A stretch of DNA of 32,000 bases from assembly GCF_003633715.1 (NCBI RefSeq), contig NZ_RBIE01000001.1:931931-963930 (forward strand), in the 5' to 3' direction. Position numbers and translations under genes: made by a program. The stretch comes from Thermovibrio guaymasensis (GTDB lineage Bacteria; Aquificota; Aquificia; Desulfurobacteriales; Desulfurobacteriaceae). The first letter of the stretch is position 1. Each line of letters begins with the position of its first letter. Under the pieces are notes generated by a model, which saw nothing but the letters and a program-made list of their open reading frames with translations, did not search any database and was not told where the DNA came from. Below, piece by piece: positions 8,634 through 17,342 of this stretch.

Positions 8634-9609
8634 CTCTCCTCTTCATAGGAATTAATACGGTTACCTGGGTTCCCACCCCCTTCTCACTCTTAACCCTTAC
8701 CTCTCCTCCGTGTCCCTTAACAATCTCCCTAACTATAAACAGACCCAATCCACTTCCCTTCTCCTTAGTCGTGAAGAATGGAAGGAAAAGGTTGTCAAGT
8801 TCCTCTTCATCCATCCCTCTACCGGTATCTAAAAAGTTAACGTAGATAAAGTCTGCAGGCCTTATCGCGTAACCGGTTTCAACCGTAAGCTCTCTCCTTT
8901 TAGAGTTCTCCATAGCCTCAAGGGCATTCTTGACTATGTTTATAAAAGCTTGCGTTAGCTTATCCGGGTCAACAGGGATCTCAGGGAGGGAAGGATCAAA
9001 GGTGTAATTTACTTTAACTCCCATTGAGTTTATCCTGTGGGAAAAGAGGTTTACTGCCTTCTGAATTACCCTGTGAATGTTCTCATGTTTAAATGAGGGC
9101 TTTGAGAAATCGTAACCCTTTGATATGTCTTTAAGGAGCCTCTCTATCCTCTCAACTTCGCCTATTATAACGTTAGCAAGCTCCTCATCGTAAACCTTAA
9201 GCTCCTTAAAGAGCTTTGCAGCTCCCTTTATACCTCCAAGGGGATTCATTATCTCGTGGGAGAGGCCTTTCAGAAAGAGGTGAAAGTTCCCTGTAAAGGG
9301 GTTTTCTGGTACCGGCTCAAATATAACTAAAACTCCTTTTTTCACGGAGGAGACGAAAAAGGGGGAGAAGTGGACGAAAGTATCCTTTAAACGGTAGCCT
9401 ATTACCTCTATCTCACCTTTAAAGGAGCGCTCAATCTGTTTATCAATTTCAGGGGAGGATAAGAGCTGGCTTAACTTCCTCCCCCTTAAGTACTTCTCCG
9501 AGCGGTTAAGGAAGAGCTCAAACTTCTGATTAACTTTCTCTACTTCACCCCTTTGGTTAACTATTACTAAAGGGAAAGGGTGGGAGAAGAGTAGATCTTC
9601 AAGCTCCAA
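8611..9609 (-). CDS. Cytoplasmic sensor histidine kinase (NtrB-like, PAS + HisKA + HATPase_c)
   Basis: H-box LSHEIMNPLGGI, N-box IVKNALEAM, G1 DTGRGM, G2 GSGLGLFIV, and no TM segment. TTG start at 9609 preceded by AAGGAAGG. It overlaps the regulator gene by 23 nt. Confidence 0.88.
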   Translation of the reverse strand: MELEDLLFSHPFPLVIVNQRGEVEKVNQKFELFLNRSEKYLRGRKLSQLLSSPEIDKQIERSFKGEIEVIGYRLKDTFVHFSPFFVSSVKKGVLVIFEPVPENPFTGNFHLFLKGLSHEIMNPLGGIKGAAKLFKELKVYDEELANVIIGEVERIERLLKDISKGYDFSKPSFKHENIHRVIQKAVNLFSHRINSMGVKVNYTFDPSLPEIPVDPDKLTQAFINIVKNALEAMENSKRRELTVETGYAIRPADFIYVNFLDTGRGMDEEELDNLFLPFFTTKEKGSGLGLFIVREIVKGHGGEVRVKSEKGVGTQVTVLIPMKRRDGKDLSC

Positions 9610-9626
9610 AGTCCTTCCTTAATCAA

Positions 9627-10028
9627 TTAGGTTATGAGGCCTCCGCCCCCTTTATTTCCGCCTTTTGGGAACTCCTTTAACTTTGATACGTCAATTGCGC
9701 CTGCTGAGGGAAGTTCTATACCGGCAGCAGCAGCCTTAAACTGCTGGTGAAACTCCTTTAACCTTGAACGGTCCCCAACGGGAACGATTGAGACTATCTG
9801 TGATTTAAGGATGTAAGCCTCTACAGGCTCATTTGCAGTAGGGTCAAGGGGCATAATTGTTGCCTGAGCTCCCTTTGTTGTAGGAAGAAGAGCAAAAGCT
9901 CCTGCCTCTTTGAGTTTTACGTGATCCGGTGAAATCTCCTCAACTATACCGATAATTCCAGAAGTCGGAACTACTCCCTCTCCACCGGCAGTTTGAATGA
10001 AAACCAGCTTACCTTTCAACTCTTCCAT
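9627..10028 (-). CDS. Hypothetical protein with Ala/Gly-rich C-terminal tail
   Basis: 133-aa ORF located 17 nt upstream of the kinase gene. The N-terminal half has alternating hydrophobic strands (KLVFIQTAGGEGVV...GIIGIVEEISPDHVKLKE). The tail is KGGNKGGGGLIT. I do not recognise a family. Confidence 0.6.
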   Translation of the reverse strand: MEELKGKLVFIQTAGGEGVVPTSGIIGIVEEISPDHVKLKEAGAFALLPTTKGAQATIMPLDPTANEPVEAYILKSQIVSIVPVGDRSRLKEFHQQFKAAAAGIELPSAGAIDVSKLKEFPKGGNKGGGGLIT

Positions 10029-10043
10029 CTCTCTCCTCCAGGT

Positions 10044-10775
10044 TTATTTTGGGAGATTTAATATATACCTTTCCTTAAAGAGAGAGTAGAGAGAAATTGC
10101 AACGGCGTTTGATACGTTTAAAGAGTTAACGTGCCCTCCCATCTCTATCTCAACGAGCTGGTCAACCTGCTTTAAAGTGCTCCTTGAAAGGCCCCTTCCC
10201 TCAGACCCTGCAACGAGTCCCAGGGGAAAAGGAAAGGAAACTTTTGAAAGGGGCTTACCTCCGGCCTCAAGCCCAAAAAGCCAACCACCTGCCTCCTTAA
10301 ACTCCCTCAGGGCAGTTGAGAAGCTGTTTACAACCGCAAAGGGAACGTAGAAAACAGCACCAGTAGAGGCCTTAACTACAGTTTCAGTTATAGTTACACT
10401 CCTGTCCTTTGGAAGGACTATCCCCTTAACCTTAAAGGCGTCTGCCGAACGGAAGATCGCCCCCAAGTTATGGGGATCCTCTATCCTGTCAAGGAAGAGG
10501 AGGTAACTCTTTTCATCTACCGTCCTCTTTAAGAGCTCTCCGTAATCTACAGGCTCAACAGGAGAGACTAGCGCAACTATACCTTGGTGTTTCTTCGTCT
10601 TTGAGAGCTCAAAGAGCTTCTTCTTTGGAACCTTTACTACCTTTATTCCGAGTTTCCTAGCAAGGGGAAGGATCTTTTCCCTATCCCTAAAGCCCTCTTC
10701 AACGTAGACCTTCAAGATAGGATAACCGGCCCTCAAGGCCTCTGCTACCGGGTTTACTCCGTAGATAACCATCAC
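10044..10775 (-). CDS. rlmB: SpoU/TrmH-family rRNA 2'-O-methyltransferase (RlmB-like)
   Basis: N-terminus IYGVNPVAEAL, and SpoU motifs EDPHNLGAIFRSADAF, GSEGRGLS and SLNVSNAVAISLY. The start is GTG 10775 or ATG 10772, overlapping the gspG stop. Confidence 0.85.
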   Translation of the reverse strand: MMVIYGVNPVAEALRAGYPILKVYVEEGFRDREKILPLARKLGIKVVKVPKKKLFELSKTKKHQGIVALVSPVEPVDYGELLKRTVDEKSYLLFLDRIEDPHNLGAIFRSADAFKVKGIVLPKDRSVTITETVVKASTGAVFYVPFAVVNSFSTALREFKEAGGWLFGLEAGGKPLSKVSFPFPLGLVAGSEGRGLSRSTLKQVDQLVEIEMGGHVNSLNVSNAVAISLYSLFKERYILNLPK

Positions 10776-11185
10776 TGACTCACCTTCAGGTCGTCTTCCG
10801 TTCCCTCTTCACCGTCAGGGCCGGGGGAAACAAGGGTAAAGTGTTTCCCATCTGAAACGTAAATAAAGTCGTTACCCCAGGCGTCCTTGGGGACCTCATC
10901 AAGGTAAGGCCCTTTCCAGTTCTTCGGAACTGGCTCAACTTCGGGCTTCTCAACTAAAGCCTTTAAACCCTGTTCGGTTGTTGGGTAAATTGAGTTGTGG
11001 AGCTTATAAAGCTTTAACGCCTGCTCAATGTTCTTCATCTGAACCTTAGTTGTTGTTGCCTTGGCCTCTTCACCGCTCCTTAAGAACTTTGGAGCTACAA
11101 CTGCAGCAAGAAGGCCTAGGATAACTATAACAACCATAAGTTCAATTAGGGTAAAGCCTCTCCTTTTACTCTCTCCACCAGTCAT
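10772..11185 (-). CDS. gspG: Type II secretion major pseudopilin GspG-like protein
   Basis: Prepilin leader MTGGESKRRG followed by FTLIELMVVIVILGLLAA. The C-terminus is GspG-like (WGNDFIYVS...SPGPDGEEGTEDD). Confidence 0.8.
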   Translation of the reverse strand: MTGGESKRRGFTLIELMVVIVILGLLAAVVAPKFLRSGEEAKATTTKVQMKNIEQALKLYKLHNSIYPTTEQGLKALVEKPEVEPVPKNWKGPYLDEVPKDAWGNDFIYVSDGKHFTLVSPGPDGEEGTEDDLKVSQ

Positions 11186-11426
11186 CTCCTACCTCTCTAA
11201 CAAATTCAAGTTTTGTTACAAAGCCTCCTTCCTTCAAGTACTCTACAGCCTTCATTGCTTCATCGTAAAAGTCAGGAGCAACCCAGAGCTCTATAAGGCC
11301 TTCCTTAGAGCTCCTGGTCCTAACAGTAGCTATCTCGTGGTACCACTCAAAAATCGCGTTAATAAAGGCAATTTCCCTAGGGTCCACCCTGTAGAGCAAG
11401 TTCCTTCCCTTTATGAGCTTCCTCAC
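11166..11426 (-). CDS. Small conserved hypothetical protein (resembles DUF4911 from memory; unverified)
   Basis: 86-aa ORF. Its GTG start overlaps the upstream stop (GTGA), and its 3' end overlaps the gspG start by 20 nt. No catalytic motif is evident. Confidence 0.55.
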   Translation of the reverse strand: MRKLIKGRNLLYRVDPREIAFINAIFEWYHEIATVRTRSSKEGLIELWVAPDFYDEAMKAVEYLKEGGFVTKLEFVREVGDDWWRE

Positions 11427-12853
11427 AGCTCCATCCCCTCAAGGTACGCTCTCTCAAACTCTTTGCTCGTTGCAAGTTCAAGGACTTGAGTTTCAGACTT
11501 AAGCTCTTTAATCCTCCTTCTCTTTTCCCTACCTCCAAGCATTAAAGACGCTCCCCTTAGGGCTAGGTTGCCAACTGCTCTTGGAGGGGGTAACTCCTCA
11601 GGTATAAGCTTAACTCCCCTAACGCTCCTTGGGTCAACGTGACTTCCAAAGGCCCCTGAGAAGAAGAGCTCCCCTCCATCCCTACTCTCAGAGAGGACCT
11701 TCAGGGCTCCAAAAACTGCGCCCTTGGCAAGCAGGAACTTCCTAATATCGCTTTGGGTTAGTGCAACTACAGTTTCCCCGTCGTCGTAAAGAACAAAGGC
11801 CTTTTCACCGTTTACTTCCCTAATCTGCTGGGAAATTAGGGAAGGAGCATTAGGAGTAAAAGTCCCCTCTCTGTTTATCGCCCTAAAGCTCTTAAGGAGG
11901 TAGATTAGGTCAAAGTAGGCGCTTGCGCACATTCCCTTCGGCTTTTCTCCTCCAATTGTCAAGAACCTAAAGCTCCTTCCGTCAAAGAATACTTTGTAGA
12001 CTGCCCCAGGTGAAGCTGCCATCCCAGAAAAGAGGCCAACTCCCTCAAATGCAGGCCCTGCAGGAACTGACGTGGCAAGCTTTTCATTGAGAGTGTAGTA
12101 ACCAATTTCTGCATTAGTTCCAAGGTCTGCAACCAGGAAGTTCTCACTCCTCTCCTCAAGGACTAAGAAGTTTGAAAGGAAGTCTGAACCGACAAAGTTC
12201 TTTAAGGGAGGAGGGAAGTAGAAAAGTGTATCTGGAAAGGAGTCAAGGGAGAGCTCCCTCCCAGTCAAATAGACCTCCTCCTCAACTTCCAGGTTGAAAG
12301 GATACCTCTCAAATCCCTTAACAGGAAGGTTTAACATGAAGTGGTGGATTACAGGGTTTGAAACGGCAACGACGAAGGAAACCTCCCTACCAAACTGTTT
12401 TAAGAGGAGCTCAACAGTTTGAAGTAGGAGCTCCCTCAAAGTCTGGTAGTTTTCCCTTGACTGCTCTACCCTGGTTACTACGTCGGCTCCAAAGGAAGTC
12501 TGTAGGTTAACCGCCTTATAGCTATCTAAAAACTCTCCAGTTTCCAGACTGAATAGGGCAGCTTCAACTCCGGTTGTCCCTACGTCAAGGGCAACTCCAA
12601 AACCCTTTAGGTTTTCATCAACCGGAATTTGAGGAAGCTTCTCCCCTTTTCTAACAAGCTCCTGGTCCGGAACTTCAACTTCTCCCTTAAAGGGACCGAA
12701 GAGGAGGCAGGAGGGCTCCTCCCTACCTTCTACTTTAACTATACACTTTCCGCAGATTCCCCTTCCGCCGCAGTAGGCGGAGCGGATTAAACCTCTATCC
12801 CTTAAGACTTGATACAGGGTCTTTCCCTTTGGAACTTCTACAGTTAGCTTCAT
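11423..12853 (-). CDS. 2Fe-2S ferredoxin domain fused to an ASKHA ATPase domain (DUF4445 / RACo-like corrinoid activator family)
   Basis: N-terminal CGGRGICGKC...SC is a plant-type 2Fe-2S pattern. ASKHA phosphate motifs are DVGTTG (residues 90-95) and ADLGTNAEIG. Confidence 0.8.
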   Translation of the reverse strand: MKLTVEVPKGKTLYQVLRDRGLIRSAYCGGRGICGKCIVKVEGREEPSCLLFGPFKGEVEVPDQELVRKGEKLPQIPVDENLKGFGVALDVGTTGVEAALFSLETGEFLDSYKAVNLQTSFGADVVTRVEQSRENYQTLRELLLQTVELLLKQFGREVSFVVAVSNPVIHHFMLNLPVKGFERYPFNLEVEEEVYLTGRELSLDSFPDTLFYFPPPLKNFVGSDFLSNFLVLEERSENFLVADLGTNAEIGYYTLNEKLATSVPAGPAFEGVGLFSGMAASPGAVYKVFFDGRSFRFLTIGGEKPKGMCASAYFDLIYLLKSFRAINREGTFTPNAPSLISQQIREVNGEKAFVLYDDGETVVALTQSDIRKFLLAKGAVFGALKVLSESRDGGELFFSGAFGSHVDPRSVRGVKLIPEELPPPRAVGNLALRGASLMLGGREKRRRIKELKSETQVLELATSKEFERAYLEGMEL

Positions 12854-12861
12854 CTAACCCT

Positions 12862-13776
12862 TTAGTAGATAGGAGTTAGCCAGTGGGAGTACTTAGGGTT
12901 ATCCCCCTTAACAACGCTAAAGTAGACTTCCTGAAGTCTCTTAGTAATAGGTCCGATTTCACCGTTTCCAACTACAACGTGGTCAATCTGAACTACAGGA
13001 GCAACCTGGGCGGCGGTTCCCGTGTAGAAGACCTCGTCTGCAACGTAGAGCTCACTCCTCAGAATCGGCCTCTCCTCAACCGTTAGGCCAAGCTCTTCCC
13101 TTGCAAGGGTTATTACGGCATTTCTCGTTATGCCCTCAAGGATGTTTGAAAAGGAAGGAGTAGTGATTAACTTCCCGTCCCTGACTATGAAGATGTTTTC
13201 CCCGCTACCTTCAGCAACGGTTCCGTCAGGATTGAGCATTATAGCTTCATCGTAACCGTTTAGGAGGGCTTCAGTCTTTGCAAAGGCACTGTTAACGTAA
13301 GCTCCAGCAACCTTACAGCGGGCGGGAATCATAGTATCGTTAATCCTGTGCCAGGAAGAGGTCTTCGCCTTTAGTCCCCTTGAAAGGTCAAGGTAGTCAC
13401 CAAGGGGAACTGTATAGATTGCTATCTCCGTTTTATATCCGATTAACTTGGGAGAAATCGTAAGGTCTGAAAAGTAGGCTATGGGCCTTATGTAAGTATC
13501 CTCCTTGTGGCCACACTTCCTCAGGAGCTCAACAGTAATATCGGTTAACTCCTGAGCGCTCTTCTCAACCTTTAAGTTGAGAATCTTACAGTTTGCAAGC
13601 ATCCTTTCGTAGTGCTCCTTCAGAAAGAGGCCGTAGAGCTGCCCCTTCTCCTCGTTCCAGTAAGCCCTAACCCCTTCAAATACGGCAGTACCGTAGTGGA
13701 AGGAGTTTGTCTGAATGTTTATGTTTGCCTCTTCAATTGGAACGAACTTACCCTCAAAGTAAGCGTACCTCTTCAT
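12862..13776 (-). CDS. ilvE: Branched-chain amino acid aminotransferase (fold type IV)
   Basis: 304 aa. The N-terminus FEGKFVPIEEANINIQTNSFHYGTAVFEGVRAY and overall pattern are typical of IlvE. Confidence 0.92.
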   Translation of the reverse strand: MKRYAYFEGKFVPIEEANINIQTNSFHYGTAVFEGVRAYWNEEKGQLYGLFLKEHYERMLANCKILNLKVEKSAQELTDITVELLRKCGHKEDTYIRPIAYFSDLTISPKLIGYKTEIAIYTVPLGDYLDLSRGLKAKTSSWHRINDTMIPARCKVAGAYVNSAFAKTEALLNGYDEAIMLNPDGTVAEGSGENIFIVRDGKLITTPSFSNILEGITRNAVITLAREELGLTVEERPILRSELYVADEVFYTGTAAQVAPVVQIDHVVVGNGEIGPITKRLQEVYFSVVKGDNPKYSHWLTPIY

Positions 13777-14534
13777 TTCTCCTCCGCTCCTTTCCTACTT
13801 CTGTAAATTAGAATAGTTAAACCTGCCAAAAGCATTATAATACTAATAATCTGGTTGTTACTGAAAAGACCGAGGACATCCTTAGGAGTTGCCCTTAAGA
13901 ACTCTATAGAGAACCTAAAGAGGCCGTAGAGTATAAGGTAGAAGCCGAAGATCTCTCCAGGAAAGCGCCTCCTTCTATAGATCAGGTAGAGGATCAGCGC
14001 AATTAGGAAGTTTGCAAGTGATGAGAGGGGCTGAGTTGGGCAAAGGGGAACTCCAAGGGGAGCTGCAGAGTGGGGATCCTTAAAGACAATGGCAAAATGA
14101 GAGTGGCACTCCCTTCCGTAGCAGCATCCTGCCATGGTACAGCCAATCCTTCCAAAACCAAGGCCGACGGAGAGGGCAATTGAGGTTATGTCTGCAAACT
14201 TCCAAATCGGAATCTTCCTCTTTCTAATGAAGTAAAGGGCAGTTAGAGCTCCGAAGATAACCCCTCCGTACCAGACAAGCCCCCCTTCCCAGATAAATAG
14301 AACCCTATAGAGAGGCTTTGCATACTGGGGATTGTATATGAAGAAAAAGAGTCTCGCTCCGATTAAACCAGCAACAACGCTCCAGAACGCCGTATCAGCA
14401 ACGTCCTCCCTCCTTATTCCCTCCCTCTCTGCAAGTTTTAGGAGAATCAAGGAGCCGAAGAAAATTCCAAGGGCAACCATAACCCCGTAGGTGTATATAG
14501 TAATCGGCCCAAACTTAAAGAGTATCGGGTGCAT
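13773..14534 (-). CDS. lgt: Prolipoprotein diacylglyceryl transferase
   Basis: A polytopic membrane protein with FGPITIYTYGVMVALG, GGLVWYGG and GRIGC...CCYG motifs. ATGA overlap with ilvE. Confidence 0.92.
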   Translation of the reverse strand: MHPILFKFGPITIYTYGVMVALGIFFGSLILLKLAEREGIRREDVADTAFWSVVAGLIGARLFFFIYNPQYAKPLYRVLFIWEGGLVWYGGVIFGALTALYFIRKRKIPIWKFADITSIALSVGLGFGRIGCTMAGCCYGRECHSHFAIVFKDPHSAAPLGVPLCPTQPLSSLANFLIALILYLIYRRRRFPGEIFGFYLILYGLFRFSIEFLRATPKDVLGLFSNNQIISIIMLLAGLTILIYRSRKGAEEK

Positions 14535-16049
14535 CTATACCTCCTTCTTTAAAAAGGCTAAAAGCACTTTATCTTTAAATAGGAAGAGGAGAAAAAAGTA
14601 AGCCAAAGAAGCAAAGAGAATAGTCCCAATCAAAACTGCAAGTTTAAACCCAAAGGAACTCCTTGAAAAGTAAATTAGACTTCCAAAGTAAGATACAATT
14701 CCAACGGGAACAGAGAAGATTAGGTACTTTAAACCCAACCTCCAAATACTGGGAAAGAGAGAGTAATTGAGCCTCTTTGATAGGAAAAAGGATAGGAGAA
14801 GCAAGTTTAAAAGGGAAGTAAAGCTCGTTCCAAGGGCAAGGCCGGGAGCTCCAAGACCGAGTACAAAACAGAGGATCAGATCTGTAAAGAGGTTAAAAAT
14901 CAAAGTCCCTGCAGATACGTAAACGGGAAGCTTAAACTCTTCAATTGAGTAAAAGGCGTTTGTAAATATCTTCTCAAGGGAAAAGAAGAAAAGTCCGACT
15001 GAGTAGCCTACCAAAACCCAGTAAGTCCCGTTGAGGGCTTCAACAGTGAACTTACCGTGGTTAAAGACAATATCAACTATCGGCTTACCGAAGAATACAA
15101 GGCCAACAGCAGAAGGGACTATAATGGTAGAACAGAGGGTCAATCCATCTAGGAGCTCCCTCCTTAAATCCTTCCTATCCTCCTTACTTGAAAACCTAGG
15201 AAGGAGGACTTGAGAAAGGCCTATCGCAAACATCCCCAGAGGAAGCTGAACGAACCTGTTTGCGTAGTAGAGGTAAGATATCGCTCCACTTGTTAAAAAG
15301 GAGGCTATAACTGTATCAATCAGCATTGAAAACTGCCTTACTGCAAAACCGAAAATGCCTGGAACTGTATTCTTCAAGGTCCTCAAAACGTCGGAAGTCA
15401 CCTTAAAAACCGGCTTTAAGGGGAAGGATAGCTTCCTTAAGAAGTAAACCTGAAGTAGGACCTGAAGGATACCCCCAAGGATAACCCCGACGGACAAACT
15501 CTCAATAGAGAGGTAACTTGAGAGGAAAAGGGCACAGAGAACCATTGATAGGTTAAAGAGGGTAGTTGAAAAGGCAGGGGCGAAGAAGTGGTTTAAGCTG
15601 TTTAAAATCCCTCCCATAAAGGCAACCAGGCTGACAAAGAGGATGTAGGGAAAGAGCTCCCTCAGAAGCTTAACAGCAAGGTAGAAGGAGTCTCCTTTAA
15701 AGCCCGGAGCAATCAACTTAACGATGTATGGAGCAAAAACTTCTCCCAAGATTAGGGTAAGTATTAGAAAGGAAAGGAGGAGGGTAAAGAAACTTCCGGC
15801 AAACTGGACTGCCTCTTCAAAAGAGCTCCTTAACTTCTTCGTAAAGGCGGGAACGAAGGCAGAATTGAAGGCCCCTTCTGCGAAAATCCTCCTTAAGAGG
15901 TTTGGAACTCTAAAGGCAACGAAGAAGACGTCTGTTAGAGCTCCTGCTCCAAAGAGGGTAGCTATAACTATGTCCCTTACAAGGCCTAAGAGGCGACTAG
16001 AGAAGATTGAGAGTGATACAATAGCTGCTGACTTTAATAACTCCTTCAT
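14535..16049 (-). CDS. murJ: Lipid II flippase MurJ (MviN)
   Basis: 504 aa, polytopic. N-terminal signature SRLLGLVRDIVIATLFGAGALTDVFFVAFRVPNLLRR. Its stop abuts the lgt start (TAGATG). Confidence 0.92.
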   Translation of the reverse strand: MKELLKSAAIVSLSIFSSRLLGLVRDIVIATLFGAGALTDVFFVAFRVPNLLRRIFAEGAFNSAFVPAFTKKLRSSFEEAVQFAGSFFTLLLSFLILTLILGEVFAPYIVKLIAPGFKGDSFYLAVKLLRELFPYILFVSLVAFMGGILNSLNHFFAPAFSTTLFNLSMVLCALFLSSYLSIESLSVGVILGGILQVLLQVYFLRKLSFPLKPVFKVTSDVLRTLKNTVPGIFGFAVRQFSMLIDTVIASFLTSGAISYLYYANRFVQLPLGMFAIGLSQVLLPRFSSKEDRKDLRRELLDGLTLCSTIIVPSAVGLVFFGKPIVDIVFNHGKFTVEALNGTYWVLVGYSVGLFFFSLEKIFTNAFYSIEEFKLPVYVSAGTLIFNLFTDLILCFVLGLGAPGLALGTSFTSLLNLLLLSFFLSKRLNYSLFPSIWRLGLKYLIFSVPVGIVSYFGSLIYFSRSSFGFKLAVLIGTILFASLAYFFLLFLFKDKVLLAFLKKEV

Positions 16050-16064
16050 GGTGGGGAATTATAA

Positions 16065-17342
16065 TTGAAAGTCTGCGTAATAGGTGCCGGAGTTGTAGGC
16101 AGCTTCCTAGCAAAGAAGTTAAGTAGGGAAGGTTACGAAATAGCGGTTGTTGACGTTGACCCATCAAAACTTGAACAGCTTTCCCTCACTGCAGATGTTT
16201 TAACTATAAACTGTAACGCCCTTGAAGTTAACTGCTTAAAGAAATTGGACGACTTTGAACTCTTCGTCGTCGTTACGGAGAGCGACGAGAAGAACGTTGC
16301 GATAACTACACTACTAAAATCGCTCTTTAAGAAAGAGAGAATCATCTTCAGAGTAACCAACAAAGCCCTTTCCTCCCCTCCCGTTAAAGAGTTCCTAAAG
16401 GCTGAACCTGTAAACATACTCTCTGAAACCGTCCAGAAAGTTCTACTGAGCGTTAAGTACCCCTTTGCAAAGGAAGCCATAAGGCTTGAAGGAGAAAACC
16501 TTATAATCTTGAAGATTGAAGTAAGCGTTGAGAGTCCTATTGCTGGGAAACAGATTGCAGAGCTCTCACCCCTCAGGAGGGAGCTCCCCTTCACAATAGT
16601 TGCAGTTGAAAGGGAAGGAAGAGTTATAATTCCAAAGGGAGAGGACTTCATCTTCCAGGGAGACGTAATCTACGTTGCAGTTAAAGAGGAGAAGGCCCAA
16701 GAGTTGGCCAAAGTCTTAAAAATACCCTATCAGCCGGTAAGACTTGTCTTTGTGGTAGGTTACTCGCCCTTTACCGAAGACCTCATCGGGAAGCTATCTG
16801 AGCTAAAGGATTTAAAAGTAAAGTTTATATCAAGGAATAAGAGAAAGTGTGAAGAGATATCCGGAAAGTACCCTGAGGTTGACGTCTTCTTCGGAGAGCC
16901 TACAGACGCCGAACTCCTCAAACAGGAGGGGATAGACAGGGCAGACCTAGTTGTATCAATAACTGAGGATGAGGAGGCGAACATACTCTCTGCAATCCTC
17001 TCAAAGAGGTTGGGTGCAAAAAGGGCATGTGCACTTATAACCCACCCTGAGTACGAGGAAATCGTTGAATCTATAGGAATAGACATACCGATAGCCCCAA
17101 GGAAAGTCCTTGCTGCAAAGGTGTACAGGCAGTTAAGTAGGAGGAAGTTCTTAGAGATTGTTGAGCTCTCAGACAACCTGGATGTCGTAGAGATAGACGT
17201 TGAGAAAGAAAGTTTAGTAAAGGATTCGGACGTCTGCGGTCTCATAGTTGCCGTAAAGAGGGACGGGGAGACAGAAATTGCAACCGGTTCTACCCTCTTA
17301 AAGCCGAAGGACAAGTTAATCTGCGTTGTTGAGAGGAAGTAA
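16065..17342 (+). CDS. trkA: Trk potassium uptake system NAD-binding subunit TrkA
   Basis: Two RCK/TrkA-N-type modules. Rossmann motif VIGAGVVGSFLA at the N-terminus. TTG start with GGTGGGG 8 nt upstream. Confidence 0.88.
   Translation: MKVCVIGAGVVGSFLAKKLSREGYEIAVVDVDPSKLEQLSLTADVLTINCNALEVNCLKKLDDFELFVVVTESDEKNVAITTLLKSLFKKERIIFRVTNKALSSPPVKEFLKAEPVNILSETVQKVLLSVKYPFAKEAIRLEGENLIILKIEVSVESPIAGKQIAELSPLRRELPFTIVAVEREGRVIIPKGEDFIFQGDVIYVAVKEEKAQELAKVLKIPYQPVRLVFVVGYSPFTEDLIGKLSELKDLKVKFISRNKRKCEEISGKYPEVDVFFGEPTDAELLKQEGIDRADLVVSITEDEEANILSAILSKRLGAKRACALITHPEYEEIVESIGIDIPIAPRKVLAAKVYRQLSRRKFLEIVELSDNLDVVEIDVEKESLVKDSDVCGLIVAVKRDGETEIATGSTLLKPKDKLICVVERK

Noticed and set aside
16133-17314. 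Long minus-strand ORFs (172 aa and 184 aa) antisense to trkA. Similar antisense ORFs occur at 15724-16068 (murJ), 2503-2814 (prfA), 8014-8274 and 7928-8137 (ntrC-like), 27197-27526 and others (secA), and 30633-31016 (kamA-like).
   Set aside because: They lie entirely within strongly supported genes on the other strand. They have Ser/Leu/Phe-rich low-complexity translations, lack SD sequences and lack recognisable motifs. These are typical shadow ORFs caused by purine-rich (GAR/AAR) codon usage on the sense strand.
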